Part shown: piece after piece, positions 46,394 through 56,762 of the stretch
How the letters are laid out: each line of letters begins with the position of its first letter
Position numbering within the stretch: the stretch's first letter is position 1
NCBI GenBank assembly: GCA_035285125.1
Contig: JAYKHR010000066.1
Span: 96,001 to 160,000 of the forward strand
DNA: 64,000 bases
Direction of reading: 5' to 3'
DNA from: Candidatus Sericytochromatia bacterium
GTDB lineage: Bacteria > Cyanobacteriota > Sericytochromatia > S15B-MN24 > JAQBPE01
Position numbers and translations under genes: made by a program
The notes under the pieces: model-generated
What the model was told of the DNA's origin: nothing
The model's input: only the letters and a program-made list of their open reading frames with translations
Databases searched by the model: none

Positions 46394-47263
46394 TCAGACC
46401 AGGCTGGTGGCGCGAGCCCTCAGGCGCCGCATCAGGTCCGTCATCTGCTTCCGGTCGACGTGCGACGCCAACGCATGGCTGAGCCTGTCGGACAGGTCCA
46501 AGAGCTGGTTGAAGGTGCAACCTTCCAGGTCGTTCCAGCCCAGATCGTACAGCACGGCATCCAAAATTTCATGGGCTTGCTCGTAGCCCACGTACTCCAT
46601 GACGAGCTGGGAGAAGGCCTGGTAGCGAGTGGCCTGGGTGTTGGTCTGGCCAAAGGTGAAGCCCGACTGCTGGAAGCCATCATCGGTGTGGACCCGCACG
46701 GCCTGGGTGGCCAGCAGCATCCGCATCAGGCTGGCGATCTTGAGTTCGTCGAGGTTGCAGGCATGATGCAACTGGGCCATCGTGAAGGACCGCGGCAGGC
46801 CCCGGACGTACTGTGGGATCCACTCGGGTGGTGCGGCCTGATCCCATTGAAACGACTCCAACGCAGCGGGGGTGAAGGACACCGCGCTCGTCAGGCTCGG
46901 GACCAACGAACGGTATGCCTGGGTCGCGTCCATCTGGCGCATCCCCTCAAGCAAGAGGTAGTCCATTCTGCACGTGACGTCGGGCTGACCGAACTCGGCC
47001 TCCTCGTCGATCGCGACCAGCTTGAAGGTACCGGCGTTCCACCACCCCAAGATTCGATACACCGCCTGGTCCCCTGCGATGTGGTTCACCCGCGCACTTA
47101 CCAGCTCGCCGTGGCGAAAGAGCAGCTCCGCGTTCTGGCCGACCTCCACGCGCAGGAGTTGGAGCGACGCCGTCTTCTGCTCAAGCGCAATGAGCTGGAG
47201 GAGGTTCGGCAGACTGATGAGCCCCAGGTTGCCCTCGAGCAAGACGTTGGCTGAAATCGTCAC
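46394..47263 (-). CDS. DUF4388 (PatA-N-like) domain protein
   Basis: LEGNLGLISLPNLLQLIALEQKTASL, FRHGELVSA, WNAGTF, LLLEGMRQMD. Confidence 0.75.
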   Translation of the reverse strand: MTISANVLLEGNLGLISLPNLLQLIALEQKTASLQLLRVEVGQNAELLFRHGELVSARVNHIAGDQAVYRILGWWNAGTFKLVAIDEEAEFGQPDVTCRMDYLLLEGMRQMDATQAYRSLVPSLTSAVSFTPAALESFQWDQAAPPEWIPQYVRGLPRSFTMAQLHHACNLDELKIASLMRMLLATQAVRVHTDDGFQQSGFTFGQTNTQATRYQAFSQLVMEYVGYEQAHEILDAVLYDLGWNDLEGCTFNQLLDLSDRLSHALASHVDRKQMTDLMRRLRARATSLV

Positions 47264-47336
47264 GGTGTTGTGCCTCGTGAGTTGATGGACACGGCCAGTT
47301 ATACCCTGAGTGGCGCCCGATTGACGGTCTTCGGCC

Positions 47337-48899
47337 TCAGGCTGCGGCCCCCCGTCGGGTGGCCAGGCGCTCCCGAATCCGGGTGGGGCTCAGCCCCAGC
47401 ACAGCCAGGGAGCCTGTGTAGGCGACTGCGAGCACCAGGGCCTGCGCGACCAGAAGGACCGCTTCGCCTCCCGGCAGGGAGCCGCCAACCAGCCCCAAGC
47501 GCGTCACGTGAGCGGCACCGCCGGCCACGAGGGCGGCCACAGCAGCTCGCACGGCGTCTCCGGTGCCATCACCGAACGGCCAGGCCCCGAGCCGGCGACG
47601 CAACAGCCACGTGGTGGCCGCGCAGTTCAGCACCGTGACACCGGAGGTCACGAGCGCAAGGCCGTCGAGCCCCCACCGCGACACCACCATCGCCATGCCA
47701 GCGGCTGTCACGGCCAGCGATGCCACGCTCACGAGCAGCGGCGTCCGGCCGTCGTTCAGCGCATAGAACACCCTGACCACCAGGTCCCGCACGGCATACG
47801 CGGGTATGCCGAGGGCGCACAGCCCAAGCACACGGGCCGTCGCCTCGGCATCGGCAGCCGTGAAGGCACCTCGCTGGTAGACGAGCGAGACGATGGGGGT
47901 GCCGGCCGAGAGGAACAGCGCCACCAGGGGCATCGAGACGAGCGAGATGGCCGAAACGCCCTGTGCCAGCCGGGCCCTCAGGGCCTCACCATCACCCGAG
48001 ACAACGGCCCGGGTCAGCATCGGGAACAGGGGAATCAGCAACGCCGTCATCAGCACGCCGAGGGGCAACTGGACCAGCTTGTTGGCGTAGTCGAAGACGC
48101 TGATGGAGCCTGCGGGCAACGCCGATGCGAAGTTGGTGCCGATGACGACGGCCAGCGTCCCGACGGTCGAACTCACGCAAGCAGGCAGCAACATTTGCCA
48201 GATGCCACGCAACTCGGGATGCCTCATGGGGCACGGCGGCGTGCCGGGGCTGCGGGAACGCCATAGCCTCACGGCTGCGTCGGCCTGCAAGAGGACCTGC
48301 CCGATCCCCCCGAGCAGGGTGCCCCAGGCCAGCATCAACGGGTCGGAGGACCACAGCACCGTCCCAATGACGGCCACGCTCGCCACCAGAGGCGATAGGG
48401 ACGGCCTCTTGAAGTCCCCAAGGTCATTCGACACGCCGCAGAGGATGCCAACCCAACCGCCCATCACGATGAGGGGCGCCATGATCCGCAGCTGGGCCAC
48501 GGCGAGGTCGAAGACAGGCTCCGGTGCCCGGGACGCCACCGCCGAGATGAGGGCTGGGGCAGCGAGGCACGCAAGCACAGCCCCTCCGCCCATCACCAGC
48601 GTGACCCAAGCCGCCAGCGCCACGACCACCCCGGGGACCTCGGCCCCGCGTCCCTGCTCCCGCAAACTCGTGACGACGCGCTGCGTGGCCGTGTGGAACG
48701 GCCCGGTCAGGCCCCCCAACAAGATGAGCGCGAATGACGGGATGATGTAGGCGGCCGTGTAAGCGTCTTTTGCCACGCCAGCGCCGTGGACGGCGGCAAT
48801 GACCAGCTCCCGGCCAAAGCCGACGGCCTTGGAAAGCAGCGTGACCAGGGCGATGGCAGAGGCAACGCCGAGCAACCCTTTAGACACGCGGCTGCGCAT
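47337..48899 (-). CDS. murJ: Lipid II flippase MurJ (MviN)
   Basis: SKAVGFGRE, YANKLVQLPLGV, LVYQRGAFT, RVFYALNDGRTP. Confidence 0.92.
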   Translation of the reverse strand: MRSRVSKGLLGVASAIALVTLLSKAVGFGRELVIAAVHGAGVAKDAYTAAYIIPSFALILLGGLTGPFHTATQRVVTSLREQGRGAEVPGVVVALAAWVTLVMGGGAVLACLAAPALISAVASRAPEPVFDLAVAQLRIMAPLIVMGGWVGILCGVSNDLGDFKRPSLSPLVASVAVIGTVLWSSDPLMLAWGTLLGGIGQVLLQADAAVRLWRSRSPGTPPCPMRHPELRGIWQMLLPACVSSTVGTLAVVIGTNFASALPAGSISVFDYANKLVQLPLGVLMTALLIPLFPMLTRAVVSGDGEALRARLAQGVSAISLVSMPLVALFLSAGTPIVSLVYQRGAFTAADAEATARVLGLCALGIPAYAVRDLVVRVFYALNDGRTPLLVSVASLAVTAAGMAMVVSRWGLDGLALVTSGVTVLNCAATTWLLRRRLGAWPFGDGTGDAVRAAVAALVAGGAAHVTRLGLVGGSLPGGEAVLLVAQALVLAVAYTGSLAVLGLSPTRIRERLATRRGAAA

Positions 48900-49470
48900 C
48901 CCCTGCCCTGACGACCCAGGCGGCGGCCTCCACGATGGTGTCGGCGACGAAGTCCGGCTGACAGGCCCACTGGTAACGCCCTGCGAGGACGTCCTCGCCA
49001 TACCCTGAGCGTAGCAACACGGTGCGGCAGCCGGCCCGTTGGCCGACCTCGACGTCAGTGGCCTTGTCTCCGACCATGAAGCTTCTCGTCAGGTCGATGC
49101 CGTGTTTCTGCGCGGCCGCGACGAGCATGCCCGGCTCTGGCTTTCGGCAGTCGCAGGCGAGGGCGTACTCGGGCACGGGGCCATCGGGAAGGTGGGGGCA
49201 GTAGTACACGTCGTCGAGGCGCGCGCCACCCTCGGCGAGCAACTCCGCCAGGCGCCCGTGCAGGGCGTGGATCCAGGCTTCAGGGTAGAACCCTCGCGCC
49301 GGGCCGCTCTGGTTGGTGGCGAGCACGACGAGGAAGCCTGCGCCCGAAAGCCGCCGGATGGCTTCTGCAGCGCCGGGCATCAGGACCAACCTGTCGAGGT
49401 CGGTGATGTAACCCGCCTCGACGTTGATCGTTCCATCCCTGTCCAAGAACACCGCAGGCAAGCCAGTCAT
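48880..49470 (-). CDS. gmhB: D,D-heptose 1,7-bisphosphate phosphatase (HAD IIIA)
   Basis: FLDRDGTIN, TNQSG, CPH..CDCRKP, VGDK.D. Confidence 0.88.
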   Translation of the reverse strand: MTGLPAVFLDRDGTINVEAGYITDLDRLVLMPGAAEAIRRLSGAGFLVVLATNQSGPARGFYPEAWIHALHGRLAELLAEGGARLDDVYYCPHLPDGPVPEYALACDCRKPEPGMLVAAAQKHGIDLTRSFMVGDKATDVEVGQRAGCRTVLLRSGYGEDVLAGRYQWACQPDFVADTIVEAAAWVVRAGDAQPRV

Positions 49471-49659
49471 GGGGTATCGTCGCCTCTCGAAGCAGCGTCC
49501 ATGCTTACCACGCCCGGGCTGTCTGCGCCAGACGAGCCCCTTGCAATGCGCGACAGCATGTTGGTGCTGCCCCTGCGCTCCCGCACCATAGCCCTCATTG
49601 GCGGCCATGGCTGCGCCACGGGTGGCGGGTGGTGGCCCCGGGGGAGGGAGGAGGAGCAG

Positions 49660-49914
49660 ATGATGTCGCTGCTGACGTGGGTGGTGGTTGGGCTCATCGC
49701 GGGCCTGTTGGCGGACCTGGTGGTGCCTGGCAAGCAGAACTGGCTGGTCGACACGCTGGTGGGGATGGCCGGGGCCATCGTGGGAGGGTGGCTGTTCTCG
49801 GCGTTCGGGGGTGCACCTGCGACCGGATTCAACCCGTGGAGCATCCTGGTGGCGTTCATCGGTGCGGTGGTGGTGCTGCTGCTGGTGAAGGCGTTCCAGG
49901 CCCGAGCCATCTGA
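49660..49914 (+). CDS. GlsB/YeaQ/YmgE transglycosylase-associated membrane protein
   Basis: WVVVGLIAG..GMAGAIVGG..AFIGAVVVL; GGAGGAGGAG RBS. Confidence 0.88.
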   Translation: MMSLLTWVVVGLIAGLLADLVVPGKQNWLVDTLVGMAGAIVGGWLFSAFGGAPATGFNPWSILVAFIGAVVVLLLVKAFQARAI

Positions 49915-49974
49915 GGGCAGTGGTACAATGTCCCCGGTGGGCCGCTGCGCTGCGGTCCCCGGGGGTAAGCAGAC

Positions 49975-50592
49975 TTGGCACAGGCCTCAAGTCTCCGGCT
50001 CGTGGTCGCAGCGATGATTGCCCAGGAGGCCCTGGGCGGCTGTGCCGTGTTGCTGGGACGGGACCAGTTGCCGGACCCGCCATTCAGCGTGGCCCCCGAG
50101 CGTCGGCACCGGGTTTCCGCCGACGGAGCATTGAAGCTCGACGTGTCCTGGCAGGGGCCGGGAGGCTACGTCGCGGTGGCGCGCGGGTACGGAGGACGAC
50201 TGGCGCGCATCGTGAATCCCTACGGGGCCGACGTGACGTGCCTGGACGCCAACGCCACCGCTGGTCCCCGGGGGGCCGTCACGCTGCTTGCGGATGAGTC
50301 GACACTTCAGGTTGGCAACCTTCCCCCCAGGCGGGCGCTCGGCCTGGATGCCTACCGAAGGCGCTGGCCCCGCTGGGCCGTGACAGACGAGTACCAAGCA
50401 GTGGACCGGAAGGTGGCCTACGACTTCGTGCTCGACACGATGTTGATTGAGCGGCGGTTGGAAGCCGGTGAGTCCCGAAGGGGCATCCTCGCCTTCCCGG
50501 CGGACCCCTTGGCGGGGCGTGCCGTGTTGAGGGTGCCCTACCGCACGGACGCCGGACGCGGCGCCCTGCGGGTGACGTGGGAGGTGGACTGA
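49975..50592 (+). CDS. Hypothetical protein, possible lipoprotein
   Basis: LGGC lipobox-like; LEAGESRRGILAF segment. Confidence 0.5.
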   Translation: MAQASSLRLVVAAMIAQEALGGCAVLLGRDQLPDPPFSVAPERRHRVSADGALKLDVSWQGPGGYVAVARGYGGRLARIVNPYGADVTCLDANATAGPRGAVTLLADESTLQVGNLPPRRALGLDAYRRRWPRWAVTDEYQAVDRKVAYDFVLDTMLIERRLEAGESRRGILAFPADPLAGRAVLRVPYRTDAGRGALRVTWEVD

Positions 50593-50593
50593 G

Positions 50594-51232
50594 ATGGCCC
50601 GCCAGGCTATCTATCAGGTCACGGCTGCGCTGGCCTTGTTCCTCACCGGGTGCCCGACCCGGGAGTTCTATCGGATCCCTGCCGAGCCCGACTGGACCGC
50701 CTTGGGCAGCGACAGCCTCGAAGTGCCGGTCTTCGCAGCTCCGACCGCCGGATGGTCTCTGGCCCAGGCTGCGCGCCAGCGCGTCACGGATGACCTGACC
50801 AGGGCCACCTTGCCGGTGACAGCCACGCCCTCGCGGGTCCGCCTGCTCGGCAGCATCGAGGACCTTCGCGTCACCTCGACAGCCTCTGCGCCCCGCCGCG
50901 TGTTGCGTGCAGGCACCAGTACGACGGGCAACATCGAGGCCCACGTGTGGGAGCAGGAGGTCGAGCACAGGCTGAGGCTCCGCGTGGCGCTTCGGCTCGA
51001 GCGCCTCGGCAGCGGCATCCTGTGGCAGCGAAGCGCCGAGGGGGAGGCGGTCGACTCCCGCGTGGAGACACTCGGCTGGCCCGGCAGCGATCCCCTGCCC
51101 CCCCCACCCTCGCGGGTGGCGCCTGCATTACCGGCTATGACGGAGGCCTTGGGGCGCCAGGCCTTGCAGCAGGCCTTGGCACCGCTACTGGGCGCCCTGA
51201 CGGACAGCTACGGATACCGGGTGGTGCCCTGA
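50594..51232 (+). CDS. Hypothetical lipoprotein
   Basis: Lipobox LTGC; starts 1 nt after the upstream stop. Confidence 0.6.
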   Translation: MARQAIYQVTAALALFLTGCPTREFYRIPAEPDWTALGSDSLEVPVFAAPTAGWSLAQAARQRVTDDLTRATLPVTATPSRVRLLGSIEDLRVTSTASAPRRVLRAGTSTTGNIEAHVWEQEVEHRLRLRVALRLERLGSGILWQRSAEGEAVDSRVETLGWPGSDPLPPPPSRVAPALPAMTEALGRQALQQALAPLLGALTDSYGYRVVP

Positions 51233-51368
51233 GGCGTCGGGGACCGCCACCTCCTTTTGGCGGCGCCGCATTCCGAGCCCCGGCCTGCGCCAGGGTGTCC
51301 CCAGGGACCCGCGCCCGCTCGGTGTGGTACGATCGCCAGGGCAGCGGGCAGTGCTGCCGGAGTTCGCG

Positions 51369-52439
51369 GTGTTCGGCAAGAAAAGCAATCTCCTGGGCCT
51401 CGCCCTGTCGTTGGCCTGCCTGTTCCTCGTCTTCAGGAAAGTGGACCTCTCGCGCCTGTGGGATGCGATGGTCACGCTGGACGCCAGGTACCTCTTGGCC
51501 GCGGTAGCCATGTTCCTGACGACCTTCGTGCTGCGCACCCTGCGCTGGCAGACGCTGCTTGCGCCGGCGCAAACGGTGCCCTACACCCGGCTGATGAGCG
51601 TCGTCATGATTGGCTACATGGCCAACAACGTTCTCCCCGCGCGGCTCGGGGAGTTCGTCCGCGCCTACGTTCTCAGCAGGCAGGTGGGCATCCGGAAGAG
51701 CACCACGCTCGCCACCATCTTCATCGAGCGGATTTTCGATGGCCTCTCTCTGCTCTTCATCCTTGGGGCCCTCATGGTCGCCCACCGGGCAGGCCTCATC
51801 TCCTTGCAGCACCCTTTCCCGGACTCGATCCAGTGGGCAGGCCTGGGGGCAGGACTCGTCTTCACCTTGGCCTTCGGCGCCGTGCTGGCCTTGGAACTGG
51901 TGCCGGGCTTCGGGGCCCTGCTGGACCGCGCCATCGCCCGCCTGGCCCCAGCCTCCTTGAGGCCCAGGCTCCGGGGCATTCTGGCGGCCTTCGTCGAGGG
52001 CGTCGCGTGCATGCGGAGCATCCGAACCCTGGTGGTCGTGTTTTGCTGCTCCCTGGGCGTGTGGTCGATCGAGGGCCTCACGTACGCCCTCGTGGGCCAG
52101 GCCTTTCACCTGGAACTGCCGCTCCGCGCGTTCTTCACCACGATGGTGATCGTGAATCTGGGTACGCTCATCCCCTCCGCACCCGGCTTCGTCGGGACGT
52201 TCCAACTGTTCTGCTGGATCTCCCTCGGGCTCTTCGCCGTGAGCAAAGAGGTGGCCGTGAGCTTCGGGCTTGTGCTGAACGTGCTGGAGTACCTGCCTGT
52301 CACGGTGATCGGTGTGGCCTGCCTCGCCCTCGAGAACCTGTCCCTCAAGGCGGTGGTGGGCGGCTCCCAGGAGCGGGACCCGGACCCCGCGGGCGAGGTG
52401 CCGGACCGAGAGGGCGAGCACGCCCGCCCCCTGGCCTAG
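51369..52439 (+). CDS. Lysylphosphatidylglycerol synthase TM-domain (flippase-like) protein
   Basis: LRWQTLL, NNVLPARLGEFVRA, ERIFD, PSAPGFVG. Confidence 0.85.
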   Translation: MFGKKSNLLGLALSLACLFLVFRKVDLSRLWDAMVTLDARYLLAAVAMFLTTFVLRTLRWQTLLAPAQTVPYTRLMSVVMIGYMANNVLPARLGEFVRAYVLSRQVGIRKSTTLATIFIERIFDGLSLLFILGALMVAHRAGLISLQHPFPDSIQWAGLGAGLVFTLAFGAVLALELVPGFGALLDRAIARLAPASLRPRLRGILAAFVEGVACMRSIRTLVVVFCCSLGVWSIEGLTYALVGQAFHLELPLRAFFTTMVIVNLGTLIPSAPGFVGTFQLFCWISLGLFAVSKEVAVSFGLVLNVLEYLPVTVIGVACLALENLSLKAVVGGSQERDPDPAGEVPDREGEHARPLA

Positions 52440-52448
52440 GCAGAGCGC

Positions 52449-54263
52449 TCAGGCCGACACGGACTCGGCCGCATAGAGCGCCTCGATTTCACTGGCGAAG
52501 TTGGTCGAGATGACCCGACGCTTGAGCTTCAACGTCGGGGTCAGTTCGTCCCGAGCTGGGTCAAAGGCTCGCGCCAGCAGCCGGAACCGCTTGACCTGCT
52601 CGAACCGGGCAAAGGACCGACAAGTGACCTCAATTTCGTGGGCAAACAGCGCCTGCACCTGGGGATGGGCGAGGAGCGCCTCCAAGGCCATGTCACCCAG
52701 CTTGTGTTCCGCCGCGAACGCCGCGAGGGCTTCGGCTTGCGGCACGACAAGCGCCGTGATGTAGGGCCTCCGGTCGCCCACGAGCATCACCTGATCCACG
52801 AGACGGCTCGCCTTCAACGCGTTCTCGATGGGCTGCGGCGCCACGTTCTTGCCGTTGGACATCACGATGATTTCCTTTTTGCGGTCGACAATGCGCACCC
52901 GCCCGTCCGGATCGATCGCTGCCACATCACCCGTGTGGAACCAGCCATCCGGGTCGATCGCGACCGCTGTCGCCTCCGGCTGGTTGAAGTAGCCCTTCAT
53001 CACGTTGGGGCCGCGCACGAGCAACTCACCGTCGTCTGCCAGTCGCACCTCGACACCCGGCAGGGGATGGCCCACCGTGCCGTACCGGACGTTTCCGGGA
53101 CGATTCACCGCAATCACGGGGCTTGTCTCGGTGAGGCCGTAGCCCTCGATGATCTCGATGCCCACCATCGCAAAAAACCGACCCAGGTCCTCGGCCAGCG
53201 GCGCGCCACCCGAGAGACAGAGGCGCAGGCGGCCCCCGGTCCGCTCGCGGATCTGGCTGAAGACGAAGGTATCCGCCAGTTGCTGCTTGAGGGCGAGGTC
53301 GAAGGGACGGGGCAGGCCGTCCAGCCTGGCCCGGGTATAGGCATCCCCCACGCGGCAGGCCCACTCGAAGACGAGCCGCCTCGGCATCGCGTCAGAGGCC
53401 ACCTTGTCGAGGATTCGACCTCTGATCTTCTCGAAGAGCCGTGGCACCGAGGTCAGCACCGTGGGGCGGACCTCGACGATGTCCTCTCCAACGGCCTCTA
53501 CGCTGCGCGCGAAGTGGACGTGCGCCCCGACCGACACGAGCCCGAAGTTGGCCGTCCGCTCGAGGACGTGGGAAAGCGGCAAGAAGGACAGGGCGTCATC
53601 CGTGGGGCCGATGCCGATAAGGGGCACGACGGCGTTCACGTTCGACATCAAGTTGCCGTGTGTCAACATCGCGCCCTTGGGCTCGCCTGTGGTGCCGCTG
53701 GTGTAAATCATGGTGGCGATCATGTCGGGCGCCTGCGCAGCAACCCGGCGCTCGAGTTCAGCGGCGTGCGTCTCGGCCAACCGCTCGCCCAGGTCCTTCA
53801 AGTCAGTGAACCGGTACACGTGGGTGTGCTCCGGCCGCTGCTCCACATGGTTCATGACCACGACGTGCTGCACGTGATGCAAGGAGCCGCGGACCTCCCT
53901 CAGCTTCGTCAGCTGCGCCTCCGTTGAGACGAACACCAGCCGGGCCCCACAATCGTTCAGGATGTGGGCGGACTGCGGGCCCGTGAGTGTCGGGTACAGC
54001 GGAACCGTGATGGCGCCAGCCATCAGGATGCCCTGATCGGCCATCACCCACTCGGGCCGGTTCTCCGCCAGCACGGCCACGCGGTCACCCACCGCCACGC
54101 CCAACTCGATGAGCGAGGTGGCCAGCTGTTTCGCCCCAGCCCCGTAGTCCGCGTAGGTCAGGGTCGTCCAACCCGACCCCGCGCGGGCGCTGAGTGCTGG
54201 CCTGGCCGCGTGGCGTGACACGGCGGCCAGGAAGGACTGGGTCAAGGTGATGGGCGCGGTCAT
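52449..54263 (-). CDS. fadD: Long-chain fatty acid--CoA ligase
   Basis: YTSGTTGEPKG, FLPLSH, EGYGLTE, FHTGD, DRKK, GKNVAP, TPTLKLKR. Confidence 0.9.
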   Translation of the reverse strand: MTAPITLTQSFLAAVSRHAARPALSARAGSGWTTLTYADYGAGAKQLATSLIELGVAVGDRVAVLAENRPEWVMADQGILMAGAITVPLYPTLTGPQSAHILNDCGARLVFVSTEAQLTKLREVRGSLHHVQHVVVMNHVEQRPEHTHVYRFTDLKDLGERLAETHAAELERRVAAQAPDMIATMIYTSGTTGEPKGAMLTHGNLMSNVNAVVPLIGIGPTDDALSFLPLSHVLERTANFGLVSVGAHVHFARSVEAVGEDIVEVRPTVLTSVPRLFEKIRGRILDKVASDAMPRRLVFEWACRVGDAYTRARLDGLPRPFDLALKQQLADTFVFSQIRERTGGRLRLCLSGGAPLAEDLGRFFAMVGIEIIEGYGLTETSPVIAVNRPGNVRYGTVGHPLPGVEVRLADDGELLVRGPNVMKGYFNQPEATAVAIDPDGWFHTGDVAAIDPDGRVRIVDRKKEIIVMSNGKNVAPQPIENALKASRLVDQVMLVGDRRPYITALVVPQAEALAAFAAEHKLGDMALEALLAHPQVQALFAHEIEVTCRSFARFEQVKRFRLLARAFDPARDELTPTLKLKRRVISTNFASEIEALYAAESVSA

Positions 54264-54283
54264 CGTGAGCTCGGTCCTCGGAG

Positions 54284-55087
54284 TCAAGCGGGGGGCGGCG
54301 CGATTGCCTCGGGCCCGATCGGGGCTTCGAGCAGCGCAGCCCGGTCGAGCAGCTGCACCACATGCCCTCGTACCTTGGCCGCGAGGCTTTCTATCATCAC
54401 GCGCTGGGCCTCGGGTTCATCACGGCCCAGGCCGTGCTGGTAATAGTCATAGTAAGCATCCAGGGTGAGGGGGCGACCGACGAGGATCAGGGCCTCCTGG
54501 TAACCCAGCAGCCGCATCCGCTCGAGCTTGAAGCTCCGTTCGCCCCGGTCAAATTGCTGAAGAAAGGCCCCACTCACCTCGCCTAGAGACGTCTCGCGCC
54601 GGGGATAGATGGCAGCGGGAATGATGGGAAGATGCGGGATGCGCGCCGCCAATACCGCCCGGATGAAGGTGGGACGGAAGGTGGCTACCTCGGCGGGTCC
54701 CACGGGCTGGACGAAGTTGGCCATGCCCTCCGGGAAGATGCCCACCAGCCTGCCCTGCCGAAAGACCTGGACCATCTCCTCGATCAGCGTGTCAGCCTTG
54801 CCCTCCTCTCCCTTGAGGATGGAGATGGCCCCCGCCTCCTGAGCCAGCCAACCGAAGACCGGGATCGACGAGACGAACGGCGCCATGACCCAGTTCACCA
54901 CCCGGCGGGCCCTGGCCGAAAACAGATAAGGGTCCATGAGGCTGCGGTGGTTGCAAACAAGCAGCCCCGGCCCGCGAGCCGGGATGTTCGCCTCGCCGAC
55001 GAGCTCAGTCGGACAAGCCACCTCGGCGACCAGGGGGCCGAAGAGGTTCTTGAGGACCTGGTAACGGGCGTCCTTGAGGCTTACCAC
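54284..55087 (-). CDS. Lysophospholipid acyltransferase (PlsC family)
   Basis: NHRSLMD (HX4D), IFPEG. Confidence 0.85.
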   Translation of the reverse strand: MVSLKDARYQVLKNLFGPLVAEVACPTELVGEANIPARGPGLLVCNHRSLMDPYLFSARARRVVNWVMAPFVSSIPVFGWLAQEAGAISILKGEEGKADTLIEEMVQVFRQGRLVGIFPEGMANFVQPVGPAEVATFRPTFIRAVLAARIPHLPIIPAAIYPRRETSLGEVSGAFLQQFDRGERSFKLERMRLLGYQEALILVGRPLTLDAYYDYYQHGLGRDEPEAQRVMIESLAAKVRGHVVQLLDRAALLEAPIGPEAIAPPPA

Positions 55088-55092
55088 GGGTG

Positions 55093-56004
55093 TCAGACCC
55101 TGATGCCCAAGAGCCGGTGCGCGTTTTGATAGGCGACAGCCCTGACCTCGCGGGGCTTGAGTGCCGCAACGACGTTCTCGAGCGCGACACTCTGTTGCAA
55201 CAGGGGGAAATCTGATCCCATCAAGACCCGGTGCGCCCCGAGCTTGTCGACAGCCGTGCGGATCACGCGAGGGGGCTGCCAGGACGTCTCCACCGAAAGG
55301 TGGTGATACCGCTCAGCCAAGGCGAGCACGGTCTCGTGCTGGTCCCAACCGATGTGAGCGATGGTGATGCTGACGTGGGGGAAGGCCCTGACCACGGGCT
55401 CCAGCGCGCTCGGGTCGTCGAAGCCATGGGACTCGAAAGGAAAGGAACCCGTGTGAAGAAACACGGGCAGCGACATGTCTTGCGCGAGCCCCACGAGTTC
55501 GAACATCCTGCGCTCCTCGGCAGGGGAGTCGGCCCGAGCCGGGTTCAGCTTGAGCCCCGCCACCCGATGGCGCTGAAGGGTGGCTTCAAGGGCCTGCAGG
55601 GCGTCCGGTTGGTGCGGGTCCGCGGACGCGAACAGGCTGAGCCTGTCGGGATGCAGGGCCACCGCAGCTGCGACGTCATCTGTCCCAAAAAACGGCTCGA
55701 TGGGACACACCACCGTGTGGCTGACGTTGGCACGCGCCATGCTTTCAAGGAGCAGGTCGACCGTGTACTTCTCGAAAACCCGCTTGAGTTCTTGAAAGGC
55801 ATACTGGTTGATGGACCGGTAGAAGAACCGGCTGAAGGGTGCCCTGAAGTGCATGCCGCAGAGGCCGGCGACCTGGCGGGTCAGCGGCTCCATCAGGTCG
55901 GCAAGCTCTGGAAAGTAGACCCCGTTAAAGGGTTCCGTCGCCTTGACTGGCGCCGCGCCGCGAAGGTGGGCGTGGAAGTCGATGAGGGGATGATCCGCTT
56001 CCAT
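55093..56004 (-). CDS. Amidohydrolase_2 family metal-dependent hydrolase
   Basis: IDFHAH, GLKL, LHTG, AHIG, MGSDFP. Confidence 0.85.
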   Translation of the reverse strand: MEADHPLIDFHAHLRGAAPVKATEPFNGVYFPELADLMEPLTRQVAGLCGMHFRAPFSRFFYRSINQYAFQELKRVFEKYTVDLLLESMARANVSHTVVCPIEPFFGTDDVAAAVALHPDRLSLFASADPHQPDALQALEATLQRHRVAGLKLNPARADSPAEERRMFELVGLAQDMSLPVFLHTGSFPFESHGFDDPSALEPVVRAFPHVSITIAHIGWDQHETVLALAERYHHLSVETSWQPPRVIRTAVDKLGAHRVLMGSDFPLLQQSVALENVVAALKPREVRAVAYQNAHRLLGIRV

Positions 56005-56096
56005 GCGCCCTTTCTCGCCTGACCAGCCGGGACCCCGTTCATATACCCGGGAGCCCCGGAACCATCAAGCGACAGGCGTGCCGAGATCGGACCGGC

Positions 56097-56339
56097 TCAG
56101 ACAGCCGCGGCGCGTGCCAGGGTGAGCGGCCGCCAGGTCATGTGCAACCCCACCTCCGCGACCGCAAGCCGGCCAACCACTTCGCCGAGTCGGACCTTCA
56201 AGAAGGTGTCCTTCTCCCGCAGCAGCTTGAGGTCACAGTCGTGACAGTGATAGCGCTCCCCCTGGGGCGCGAGGTTGACCAGGTGGGTTTGACAATCGGG
56301 GCAGATCAGGGCAATCTGCCCCGAGAACGTGCTGGGCAT
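56097..56339 (-). CDS. Small zinc-ribbon protein
   Basis: CPDC..CHDC; GGAGGAG RBS before ATG 56339. Confidence 0.6.
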   Translation of the reverse strand: MPSTFSGQIALICPDCQTHLVNLAPQGERYHCHDCDLKLLREKDTFLKVRLGEVVGRLAVAEVGLHMTWRPLTLARAAAV

Positions 56340-56762
56340 CTGCAACTCCTCCGTGACGGACAGCCGCCCGCCAGCGCACTCGGCGCAGGCCGGCGGTGAC
56401 TTGGACCCCTGGGGGTCAGGCCTCGACCGGGTGGTTCGTTACTCCGCACTGGACACAGGGACGCGGGCAACCCGCAGTGCCCCAGCCCGACGGGCCAGGC
56501 CCCCTGCACGAACCGTAATCCCTTCGCCCGACCCACTCGGCCGTACGTCAGGAGCAGGTAATACCCGGGAAGGATCCCAGCCGCACTCGAACCCGAGCGC
56601 GGAACACCCTCCCCCACCGACGTCCGTCGCGCATCGTTGCGACGACCCCGGCGACCAACCCTGAAAACTCGACTCTGGCCTCCAGCCCGCGACCGGGGAA
56701 GCACCCTGCGCCACCGGTTCGCTTGCGCAGCCTTGCGCAGCAGAGACAAGAACTCTTCTGAG

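Noticed and set aside
56456..56575. Cobalamin riboswitch-like words on the + strand (AGGGA..GTGCCCC, GGGAAG)
   Set aside because: Missing the GCCACTG and B12-box elements, and no B12-related gene downstream
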